A stretch of DNA of 64,000 nucleotides from Eledone cirrhosa (Eukaryota): NCBI GenBank assembly GCA_964016885.1, contig CAXHJY010001298.1:1-64000 (forward strand). Direction: 5' to 3'. The position numbers and the translations under genes are program-made. The notes below the pieces were generated by a model that was not told the DNA's origin, ran no database searches, and saw nothing but the letters and a program-made list of their open reading frames with translations. Position 1 is the stretch's first letter, and each line of letters starts with the position of its first letter. Below, piece by piece: positions 37,748 through 50,200 of this stretch.

Positions 37748-37783
37748 TCTTCTGATGAAGGACTAGAATCCGAAACGTTAAGA
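37748..37783 (+). ncRNA. Minimal type I hammerhead ribozyme (Penelope-like element type)
   Basis: TCTT-CTGATGA-A-GGA-CTAGAA-TCC-GAAA-CG-TT-AAGA: intact core, 4-bp helix I, 3-bp helix II, palindromic ACGT helix III; ~85 nt upstream of (TA)n. Confidence 0.75.
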
Positions 37784-37867
37784 CCCTCTTCCTGCTATAT
37801 CAAGCGTTAACCTAATATATTCCTTCCATATACTGTACCGATTGTGTTGTTATTTCTGTTTACCTTT

Positions 37868-37944
<77 letters not shown>

Positions 37945-37953
37945 TCTGTTTAC

Positions 37954-38000
<47 letters not shown>

Positions 38001-39253
38001 ATAATTGTTTCTACTTTAGGCACAAGGCCAGCAATTACCCAGTGCATTACTGGTACTTTATTTTATCGACTCCGTAAGGATGAAAGGCAAAGTTAACCTC
38101 GGCGGGATTTGAACTCAGATCGTAAAGGGACGTAACTATGAGGGAAAGCATGGCGTCCGACCCTCTACCGATAATGAAATGACAGGAGGCTGGATTTGTT
38201 TAAATCCTTGAAAGGTTTATTATACTATGATCATTTCAATGACCGGGTTCCGTATGAATCCGGTGATATCATCAGGTATTCGAAATATAATACGTGAATG
38301 TAATAGATAAAATCCATGGGGCTGAAAATCGAGGACCCGAGGGCGACCGCTATCCTGGTCCTTCAACCTCACCCGGTCGCCCTCGAGTGACGTGGCTAAA
38401 GTTTACAGTGTGATACTACCGGTCAGATAAACGAAAACAGAAAGGGATGGGAACATAAGTTAGCGTCAATCTCATGCCACAAGATAAAAGAAAGAAAGAA
38501 AGGAAGGAAGGAGAGAGAAGAAGGGGGAAGGAAGAAGAAGAGAAGCCAGGGTTAATGTCCGCTATAAGAAGAAAGACAACTACTACCGGTCAGATATAGG
38601 CAAACAAAAGGGGAAGGAAGATAAGTCTGCGGGAGGAAGACAGGAAGAGGGGAGAAGAGAAGGAAGAGAAGAGAAGAGAAGGAAGAGAAGGGAGAAGTAG
38701 AAAAGTAAGGGTTGATGGCTACAAGAAGGAAGATAGAAAGAAAGAGGAAGAAAGGTCGATATTAATGTCAGACCACAGTCAGGCCAGGAGTGGTGCGAGA
38801 AAATTTTCACAGGGACCCGCATCTTAGCAGAGATGAATATATTGGGGGTCAGTGTGTTACAATGTTTAGACTTATAGGATGAAGTTAAAAAATTAATAAT
38901 CAATATTCAATATTAAAGAGGTTAGAAAATTTAAAGTTAAACAGTTTAACATTTTCAGGTTGATATATCTAATAGTTCCGATTTGATCTGTAATTTAAAG
39001 GTACTATGTGGCGGTTAAAAGACCGGCCGCGCCCCGGGCCCAAGGCGAATTAAGCTACGCCGAGTATTTTCATTTACCGAAAGAAGGGGAAATTTATTTT
39101 TACAAGCACTCCAGGTATATATATATATATATATGTAAATATATATTTAGCCTGATAGTGGGATTTAGAACCCTCTGAGAAATGGAAAAATACAGCGAGA
39201 GGCTCTATTTCTAATTTCAAGCTCGTTCGCTGTTTCAAAAGTATACTTACTTG

Positions 39254-39310
<57 letters not shown>

Positions 39311-39315
<5 letters not shown>

Positions 39316-39612
39316 AAGATGAATATAAAATGAAAGTGCTTTTATAAAGGAATTTATTAGGCATTGACATATGTTTCTGTAACAGACGGAATACCTATGT
39401 ATCGCTGCTTGCGTAATCATATAATGTTAGCAAGTATTCGATAGCAAATTTGATTATACAAAAGTGATTATACATTTGCTATCGAATACTTGCTAACATT
39501 ATATGATTACGCAAGGAGCGATACATAGGTATTCCGTCTGTTACAGAAACATATGTCAATGCCTAATAAATTCCTTTATAAAAGCACTTTCATTTTATAT
39601 TCATCTTTTCTA
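39311..39612. repeat. Near-perfect inverted repeat, 139-bp arms, 24-nt spacer
   Basis: 39311-39449 is the reverse complement of 39474-39612 with one mismatch seen; abuts (TA)n. Confidence 0.95.
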
Positions 39613-39714
39613 CATTTTCTCCGGAATATAATTTATACTCGTTGAGCAAACCTACACGTGCGCTGTTCATCTCTAACGTGACGATATTTTATCACTACAT
39701 TATTGATAACTTGA

Positions 39715-39782
<68 letters not shown>

Positions 39783-39961
39783 AAGTATGACCCCGACGGC
39801 AGAGCTCAAGCTGTTTCGACGGCTATTTCTGGACTAAATTAGAATTTTTAGCCTGGTGAATCACCAGGGTCATACTTTTTGCTATTTCCCACTCTACTAC
39901 CTTAAGTATTGAGTACTCTGGTGTGTTATGGTCCATCTGGTTCCTTACCACAATTCTTTTG

Positions 39962-40045
<84 letters not shown>

Positions 40046-40093
40046 TAAAAGGGAATAAAAGAATCATTATTGCATCATTTACATATTTAATTG

Positions 40094-40183
40094 CATATTA
40101 CGTATGTTTCGCTGCCGATCAGCTCGAGGAACAATCGATTAATGTTCTATCTTGCCTCTGGAATCGGAAGCTCCTCAGATATG
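40094..40183 (-). ncRNA. Type I hammerhead ribozyme with ~61-nt expanded helix II
   Basis: Minus strand CATAT-CTGAGGA-GCTTCCGAT...ATCGGCAGC-GAAAC-ATAC-GTA-ATATG: all conserved core nucleotides present, helix I 5 bp, predicted cut after GUA (between 40099 and 40098). Confidence 0.8.
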
Positions 40184-40352
40184 TGCTCTCACGCGTAGAC
40201 ACGCGTCTAAGTGTTTACATGCTGTCAAAATGGTTGACAGAGAGACCCTCCTTCTTCCAGTCAGTTCCATGAGCCAACACACTTCTCCTTGTCCTGCTCC
40301 TCTTTCAATATTTTCCATATTTCATCTGTCACCCATCTCGTGGAATGCCTCT

Positions 40353-41078
40353 CTGTTGACCACTGGCCGCTCGTCTCTGACCTGTTGACCACTAGCCGCT
40401 CGTCTCTGTCCTGTTGACCACTAGCCGCTCGTCTCTGTCCTGTTGACCACTGGCCGCTCGTCTCTGTCCTGTTGACCACTAGCCGCTCGTCTCTGTCCTG
40501 TTGACCACTGGCCGCTCGTCTCTGTCCTGTTGACCACTAGCCGCTCGTCTCTGTCCTGTTGACCACTAGCCGCTCGTCCCTGTCCTGTTGACCACTGGCC
40601 GCTAGTCTCTGTCCTGTTGACCACTGGCCGCTCGTCTCTGTCCTGTTGACCACTGGCCGCTAGTCTCTGTCCTGTTGACCACTGGCCGCTCGTGTCTGTC
40701 TTGTTGACCACTGGCCGCTCGTCTCTGTTCTGTTGACCACTGGCCGCTCGTCTCTGTCCTGTTGACCACTGGCCGCTCGTCTCTGTCCTGTTGACCACTG
40801 GCCGCTAGTCTCTGTCCTGTTGACCACTGGCCGCTCGTCTCTGTTCTGTTGACCACTGGCCGCTCGTCTCTGTCCTGTTGACCACTAGCCGCTCGTCTCT
40901 GTCCTGTTGACCACTGGCCGCTCGTCTCTGTTCTGTTGACCACTGGCCGCTAGTCTCTGTCATGTTGACCACTGGCCGCTCGTCTCTGTCCTGTTGACCA
41001 CTGGCCGCTCGTCTCTGTTCTGTTGACCACTGGCCGCTCGTCTCTGTCATGTTGACCACTGGCCGCTCGTCTCTGTCC
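40353..41078. repeat. 29-bp GC-rich minisatellite, ~25 copies
   Basis: Unit CTGTTGACCACTGGCCGCTCGTCTCTGTC. Confidence 0.97.
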
Positions 41079-41244
41079 ACTGAGGTATTTTTGTCCATCG
41101 CTGTTTTTGACATGACTTAGCTGTTTTAATAGCTGTTCTTGCGATGAGCTGTCTCATGTATGTATTCAAATGCCGACAAAGTCAGAAAACAGCACAGCTC
41201 CCATTACTTTCGCAAACATTTTTTCACGCTCAGAGTTGCTGAAA

Positions 41245-44200
41245 CATGGAACACACTACCTGCATGAGTTGTTAGCTGTCAAGACACTGCATCCTTTAAA
41301 TCCTCCATGGAACACAATACCTGCATCATTTGTTAGCTGTCGAGACACTGCATCCTTTCAAAGCTCCATGGAACACACTACCGGCATGAGTTGTTAGCTG
41401 TCAAGACACTGCATCCTTTAAAACCTCCATGGAACACACTACCTGCATGAGTTGTTAGCTGTCAAGACACTGCATCCTTTAAATCCTCCATGGAACACAA
41501 TACCTGCATCATTTGTTAGCTGTCGAGACACTGCATCCTTTCAAAGCTCCATGGAACACACTACCGGCATGAGTTGTTAGCTGTCAAGACACTGCATCCT
41601 TTAAAACCTCCATGGAACACACTACCTGCATGAGTTGTTAGCTGTCGAGACACTGCATCCTTTAAAACCTCCATGGAACACACTACCTGCATCAGTTGTT
41701 AGCTGTCGAGACACTGCATCCTTTAAAACCACCATGGAACACACTACCTGCATGAGTTGTTAGCTGTCAAGACACTGCATCCTTTAAAACCTCCATGGAA
41801 CAAACTACCTACATCAGTTGTTAGCTGTCGAGACACTGCATCCTTTAAAACTTCCATGGAACACAATACCTGCATCAGTTGTTAGCTGTCAAGACACTGC
41901 ATCCTTTAAAACCTCCATGGAACACACTACCTGCATCAGTTGTTAGCTGTCAAGACACTGCATCCTTTAAAACCTTCATGGAACACACTACCTGCATCAG
42001 TTGTTAGCTGTCGAGACACTGCATCCTTCAAAACCTCTACGGAACACACTACCTGCATCAGTTGTTAGCTGTCAAGACACTGCATCCTTTAAAACCTCTA
42101 TGGAACACAGTACCTGCATCAGTTGTTAGCTGTCGAGACACTGCATCCTTTCAAAGCTCCATGGAACACACTACCTGCATGAGTTGTTAGCTGTCAAGAC
42201 ACTGCATCCCTTAAAACCTCCATGGAACACACTACCTGCATGAGTTGTTAGCTGTCAAGACACTGCATCCTTTAAAACCTCCATGGAACAAACTACCTAC
42301 ATCAGTTGTTAGCTGTCGAGACACTGCATCCTTTAAAACTTCCATGGAACACACTACCTGCATCAGTTGTTAGCTGTCGAGACACTGCATCCTTTAAAAC
42401 CACCATGGAACACACTACCTGCATGAGTTGTTAGCTGTCAAGACACTGCATCCTTTAAAACCTCCATGGAACAAACTACCTACATCAGTTGTTAGCTGTC
42501 GAGACACTGCATCCTTTAAAACTTCCATGGAACACACTACCTGCATCAGTTGTTAGCTGTCAAGACACTGCATCCTTTAAAACCTCCATGGAACACACTA
42601 CCTGCATCAGTTGTTAGCTGTCAAGACACTGCATCCTTTAAAACCTTCATGGAACACACTACCTGCATCAGTTGTTAGCTGTCGAGACACTGCATCCTTC
42701 AAAACCTCTACGGAACACACTACCTGCATCAGTTGTTAGCTGTCAAGACACTGCATCCTTTAAAACCTCTATGGAACACAGTACCTGCATCAGTTGTTAG
42801 CTGTCGAGACACTGCATCCTTTCAAAGCTCCATGGAACACACTACCTGCATGAGTTGTTAGCTGTCAAGACACTGCATCCCTTAAAACCTCCATGGAACA
42901 CACTACCTGCATGAGTTGTTAGCTGTCAAGACACTGCATCCTTTAAAACCTCCATGGAACAAACTACCTACATCAGTTGTTAGCTGTCGAGACACTGCAT
43001 CCTTTAAAACTTCCATGGAACACACTACCTGCATCAGTTGTTAGCTGTCAAGACACTGCATCCTTTAAAACCTCCATGGAACACACTACCTGCATCAGTT
43101 GTTAGCTGTCAAGACACTGCATCCTTTAAATCCTCCATGGAACACAATACCTGCATCATTTGTTAGCTGTCGAGACACTGCATCCTTTCAAAGCTCCATG
43201 GAACACACTACCGGCATGAGTTGTTAGCTGTCAAGACACTGCATCCTTTAAAACCTCCATGGAACACACTACCTGCATGAGTTGTTAGCTGTCGAGACAC
43301 TGCATCCTTTAAAACCTCCATGGAACACACTACCTGCATCAGTTGTTAGCTGTCGAGACACTGCATCCTTTAAAACCACCATGGAACACACTACCTGCAT
43401 GAGTTGTTAGCTGTCAAGACACTGCACCCTTTAAAACCTCCATGGAACAAACTACCTACATCAGTTGTTAGCTGTCGAGACACTGCATCCTTTAAAACTT
43501 CCATGGAACACACTACCTGCATCAGTTGTTAGCTGTCAAGACACTGCATCCTTTAAAACCTCCATGGAACACACTACCTGCATCAGTTGTTAGCTGTCAA
43601 GACACTGCATCCTTTAAAACCTTCATGGAACACACTACCTGCATCAGTTGTTAGCTGTCGAGACACTGCATCCTTCAAAACCTCTACGGAACACACTACC
43701 TGCATCAGTTGTTAGCTGTCAAGACACTGCATCCTTTAAAACCTCTATGGAACACAGTACCTGCATCAGTTGTTAGCTGTCGAGACACTGCATCCTTTCA
43801 AAGCTCCATGGAACACACTACCTGCATGAGTTGTTAGCTGTCAAGACACTGCATCCCTTAAAACCTCCATGGAACACACTACCTGCATGAGTTGTTAGCT
43901 GTCAAGACACTGCATCCTTTAAAACCTCCATGGAACAAACTACCTACATCAGTTGTTAGCTGTCGAGACACTGCATCCTTTAAAACTTCCATGGAACACA
44001 CTACCTGCATCAGTTGTTAGCTGTCAAGACACTGCATCCTTTAAAACCTCCATGGAACACACTACCTGCATCAGTTGTTAGCTGTCAAGACACTGCATCC
44101 TTTAAAACCTCCATGGAAGACACTACCTGCATCAGTTGTTAGCTGTCGAGACACTGCATCCTTCGAAACCTCTACGGAACACACTACCTGCATCAGTTGT

Positions 44201-47200
44201 TAGCTGTCAAGACACTGCATCCTTTAAAACCTCCATGGAACACAGTACCTGCATCAGTTGTTAGCTGTCGAGACACTGCATCCTTTAAAACCTCCTGGGA
44301 ACAAACTGCCTGCATCATTTGTTAGCTGTCGAGACACTGCATCCTTTCAAAGCTCCATGGAACACACTACCTGCATGAGTTGTTAGCTATCAAGACACTG
44401 CATCCTTTAAAACCTCCATGGAACACACTACCTGCATCAGTTGTTAGCTGTCGAGACACTGCATCCTTTAAAACCACCATGGAACACACTACCTGCATGA
44501 GTTGTTAGCTGTCAAGACACTGCATCCTTTAAAACCTCCATGGAACAAACTACCTACATCAGTTGTTAGCTGTCGAGACACTGCATCCTTTAAAACTTCC
44601 ATGGAACACACTACCTGCATCAGTTGTTAGCTGTCAAGACACTGCATCCTTTAAAACCTCCATGGAACACACTACCTGCATCAGTTGTTAGCTGTCAAGA
44701 CACTGCATCCTTTAAAACCTCCATGGAAGACACTACCTGCATCAGTTGTTAGCTGTCGAGACACTGCATCGTTCGAAACCTCTACGGAACACACTACCTG
44801 CATCAGTTGTTAGCTGTCAAGACACTGCATCCTTTAAAACCTCCATGGAACACAGTACCTGCATCAGTTGTTAGCTGTCGAGACACTGCATCCTTTAAAA
44901 CCTCCATGGAACAAACTACCTGCATCAGTTGTTAGATGTCGGGACACTGCATCCTTTAAAACCTCCATGGAACACAGTACCTGCATCAGTTGTTAACTGT
45001 CAAGACACTGCATCCTTTAAAACCTCCATGGAACACACTACCTGCATCAGTTGTTAACTGTCGAGACACTGCATCCTTTAAAACCTCTACGGAACACACT
45101 ACCTGCATCAGTTGTTAGCTGTCAAGACACTGCATCCTTTAAAACCTCCATGGAACACAGTACCTGCATCAGTTGTTAGCTGTCGAGACACTGCATCCTT
45201 TAAAACCTCTACGGAACACACTACCTGCATCAGTTGTTAGCTGTCAAGACACTGCATCCTTTAAAACCTCCATGGAACAAACTACCTGCATCAGTTGTTA
45301 GCTGTCGAGACACTGCATCCTTTAAAACCTCCATGGAACACACTACCTGCATCAGTTGTTAACTGTAGAGACACTGCATCCTTTAAAACCTCTACGGAAC
45401 ACACTACCTGCATTAGTTGTTAGCTGTCAAGACACTGCATCCTTTAAAACCTCCATGGAACAAACTACCTGCATCAGTTGTTAGCTGTCGAGACACTGCA
45501 TCCTTTAAAACCTCCATGGAACACACTACCTGCATCAGTTGTTAACTGTAGAGACACTGCATCCTTTAAAACCTCTACGGAACACACTACCTGCATCAGT
45601 TGTTAGCTGTCAAGACACTGCATCCTTTAAAACCTCCATGGAACACACTACATGCATCAGTTGTTAGCTGTCAAGACACTGCATCCTTTAAAACCTCCAT
45701 GGAACACAGTACCTGCATCAGTTGTTAGCTGTCGGGACACTGCATCCTTTAAAACCTCCATGGAACAAACTACCTGCATCAGTTGTTAGCTGTCGAGACA
45801 CTGCATCCTTTAAAACCTCCATGGAACACACTACCTGCATCAGTTGTTAGCTGTCGAGACACTGCATCCTTTAAAACCACCATGGAACACACTACCTGCA
45901 TGAGTTGTTAGCTGTCAAGACACTGCATCCTTTAAAACCTCCATGGAACAAACTACCTACATCAGTTGTTAGCTGTCGAGACACTGCATCCTTTAAAACT
46001 TCCCTGGAACACACTACCTGCATCAGTTGTTAGCTGTCAAGACACTGCATCCTTTAAAACCTCCATGGAACACACTACCTGCATCAGTTGTTAGCTGTCA
46101 AGACACTGCATCCTTTAAAACCTCCATGGAAGACACTACCTGCATCAGTTGTTAGCTGTCGAGACACTGCATCCTTCGAAACCTCTACGGAACACACTAC
46201 CTGCATCAGTTGTTAGCTGTCAAGACACTGCATCCTTTAAAACCTCCATGGAACACACTACCTGCATCAGTTGTTAGCTGTCAAGACACTGCATCATTTA
46301 AAACCTCCATGGAACACAGTACCTGCATGAGTTGTTAGCTGTCAAGACACTGCATCCTTTAAAACCTCCATGGAACACACTACCTGCATGAGTTGTTAGC
46401 TGTCGAGACACTGCATCCTTTAAAACCTCCATGGAACACACTACCTGCATCAGTTGTTAGCTGTCGAGACACTGCATCCTTTAAAACTACCATGGAACAC
46501 ACTACCTGCATGAGTTGTTAGCTGTCAAGACACTGCATCCTTTAAAACCTCCATGGAACAAACTACCTACATCAGTTGTTAGCTGTCGAGACACTGCATC
46601 CTTTAAAACTTCCATGGAACACACTACCTGCATCAGTTGTTAGCTGTCAAGACACTGCATCCTTTAAAACCTCCATGGAAGACACTACCTGCATCAGTTG
46701 TTAGCTGTCGAGACACTGCATCCTTCGAAACCTCTACGGAACACACTACCTGCATCAGTTGTTAGCTGTCAAGACACTGCATCCTTTAAAACCTCCATGG
46801 AACACAGTACCTGCATCAGTTGTTAGCTGTCGAGACACTGCATCCTTTAAAACCTCCATGGAACAAACTACCTGCATCAGTTGTTAGATGTCGGGACACT
46901 GCATCCTTTAAAACCTCCATGGAACAAACTGCCTGCATCAGTTGTTAGCTGTCAAGACACTGCATCCTTTAAAACCTCCATGGAACACACTACCTACATC
47001 AGTTGTTAGCTGTCGAGACACTGCATCCTTTAAAACCTCTACGGAACACACTACCTGCATCAGTTGTTAGCTGTCAAGACACTGCATCCTTTAAAACCTC
47101 CATGGAACACAGTACCTGCATCAGTTGTTAGCTGTCGAGACACTGCATCCTTTAAAACCTTCATGGAACAAACTACCTGCATCAGTTGTTAGCTGTCGAG

Positions 47201-50200
47201 ACACTGCATCCTTTAAAACCTCCATGGAACACACTACCTGCATCAGTTGTTAACTGTAGAGACACTGCATCCTTTAAAACCTCTACGGAACACACTACCT
47301 GCATCAGTTGTTAGCTGTCAAGACACTGCATCCTTTAAAACCTCCATGGAACACACTACATGCATCAGTTGTTAGCTGTCAAGACACTGCATCCTTTAAA
47401 ACCTCCATGGAACACAGTACCTGCATCAGTTGTTAGCTGTCGGGACACTGCATCCTTTAAAACCTCCATGGAACAAACTACCTGCATCAGTTGTTAGCTG
47501 TCAAAACACTGCATCCTTTCAAACCTCCATGGAACACACTACCTGCATCAGTTGTTAGCTGTCGAGACACTGCATCCTTTCAAACCTCTATGGAACACAC
47601 TACCTGCATCAGTTGTTAGCTGGCGAGACACTGCATCCTTTAAAACCTCTATGGAACACACTACCTGCATCAGTTGTTAGCTGTCAAGACACTGCATCCT
47701 TTAAAACCTCCATGGAACACAGTACCTGCATCAGTTGTTAGCTGTCGAGACACTGCATCCTTTAAAACCTCCATGGAACAAACTACTTGCATCAGTTGTT
47801 AGCTGTCGAGACACTGCATCCTTTAAAACCTCCATGGAACACACTACCTGCATCAGTTGTTAACTGTAGAGACACTGCATCCTTTAAAACCTTCATGGAA
47901 CAAACTACCTGCATCAGTTGTTAGCTGTCGAGACACTGCATCCTTTAAAACCTCCATGGAACACACTACCTGCATCAGTTGTTAACTGTAGAGACACTGC
48001 ATCCTTTAAAACCTCTACGGAACACACTACCTGCATCAGTTGTTAGCTGTCAAGACACTGCATCCTTTAAAACCTCCATGGAACACACTACATGCATCAG
48101 TTGTTAGCTGTCAAGACACTGCATCCTTTAAAACCTCCATGGAACACAGTACCTGCATCAGTTGTTAGCTGTCGGGACACTGCATCCTTTAAAACCTCCA
48201 TGGAACAAACTACCTGCATCAGTTGTTAGCTGTCAAAACACTGCATCCTTTCAAACCTCCATGGAACACACTACCTGCATCAGTTGTTAGCTGTCGAGAC
48301 ACTGCATCCTTTCAAAGCTCTATGGAACACACTACCTGCATCAGTTGTTAGCTGGCGAGACACTGCATCCTTTAAAACCTCTATGGAACACACTACCTGC
48401 ATCAGTTGTTAGCTGTCAAGACACTGCATCCTTTAAAACCTCCATGGAACACAGTACCTGCATCAGTTGTTAGCTGTCGAGACACTGCATCCTTTAAAAC
48501 GTCCATGGAACAAACTACTTGCATCAGTTGTTAGCTGTCGAGACACTGCATCCTTTAAAACCTCCATGGAACACACTACCTGCATCAGTTGTTAACTGTA
48601 GAGACACTGCATCCTTTAAAACCTCCATGGAAAAAACTACCTGCATCAGTTATTAGGTGTCGAGACACTGCATCCTTTAAAACCACCATGGAACACACTA
48701 CCTCCATGAGTTGTTAGCTGTCAAGACACTGCATCCTTTAAAACCTCCATGGAACAAACTACCTGCATCAGTTGTTAGCTGTCGAGACACTGCATCCTTT
48801 AAAACCTCCATGGAACAAATTACTTGCATCAGTTGTTAGCTGATAAGATACTCCATCCTTTAAAACCCCCATGGAATACACTACCTGCATCAGTTGTTTG
48901 CTGTCAAGACACTGTATCCTTTAAAATCTCCATGGAACCAACTACCTGCATCAGTTATTAGCTGTCGAGACACTGCATCCTTTAAAACCTCCATGGAACA
49001 CACTACCTGCATCAGTTGTTAGCTGTCAAGACACTGCATCCTTTAAAACCTCCATGGAACACACTACCTGCATCAGTTGTTAGCTGTCGAGACACTGCAT
49101 CCTTTATAACCACCATGGAACACACTACCTGCATGAGTTGTTAGCTGTCACGACACTGCATCCTTTAAAACCTCCATGGAACAAAATACCTGCATCAGTT
49201 GTTAGCTGTCTAGACACTGCATCCTTTAAAACCTCCATGGATCACACTACCTGTATCAGTTGTTAGCTGTCGAGACACTGCATCCTTCAATACCTCTACG
49301 GAACACACTACCTGCATCAGTTGTTAGCTGTCAAGACACTGCATCCTTTAAAACCTCCATGGAACACAGTACCTGCATCAGTTGTTAGCTGTCGAGACAC
49401 TGCATCCTTTAAAACCTCCATGGAACAAACTACCTGCATCAGTTGTTAGATGTCGGGACACTGCATCCTTTAAAACATCCATGGAACAAACTACCTGCAT
49501 CAGTTGTTAGCTGTCAAGACACTGCATCCTTTCAAACCTCCATGGAACACACTACATGCATCAGTTGTTAGCTGTCGAGACACTGCATCCTTTCAAAGCT
49601 CCATGGAACACACTACCTGCATCAGTTGTTAGCTGTCAAGACACTGCCTCCTTTAAAACCACCATGGAACACACTACCTGCATCAGTTGTTAGTTGTCGA
49701 GACACTGCATCCTTTAAAACCACCATGGAACAGACTACCTGCATGAGTTGTTAGCTGTCAAGACACTGCATCCTTTAAAACCTCCATGGAACAAACTACC
49801 TGCATCAGTTGTTAGCTGTCGAGACACTGCATCCTTTAAAACCACCATGGAACACACTACCTGCATCAGTTGTTAGCTGTCAAGACACTGCATCCTTTAA
49901 AACCACCATGGAACACACTACCTGCATCAGTTGTTAGTTGTCGAGACACTGCATCCTTTAAAACCACCATGGAACACACTACCTGCATGAGTTGTTAGCT
50001 GTCAAGACACTGCATCCTTTAAAACCTCCATGGAACAAACTACCTGCATCAGTTGTTAGCTGTCGAGACACTGCATCCTTTAAAACCTCCATGGATCACA
50101 CTACCTGCATCAGTTGTTAGCTGTCGAGACACTGCATCCTTCAATACCTCTACGGAACACACTACCTGCATCAGTTGTTAGCTGTCAAGACACTGCATCC

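Noticed and set aside
36849-38096. HT-, CV- and YI-repeat ORFs (also 24767, 32500, 39642, 39928)
   Set aside because: Dinucleotide microsatellite translations.
39008-39070. HDV-like ribozyme in the GC-rich patch
   Set aside because: Could not build the nested P1/P1.1/P2/P3 double pseudoknot by eye; only a single small hairpin is evident.
40261-41113. ORFs such as MVNRTETSGQWSTGQRRAASGQQDRDERP
   Set aside because: They are translations of the 29-bp minisatellite cycling through frames, with no splice or domain evidence.
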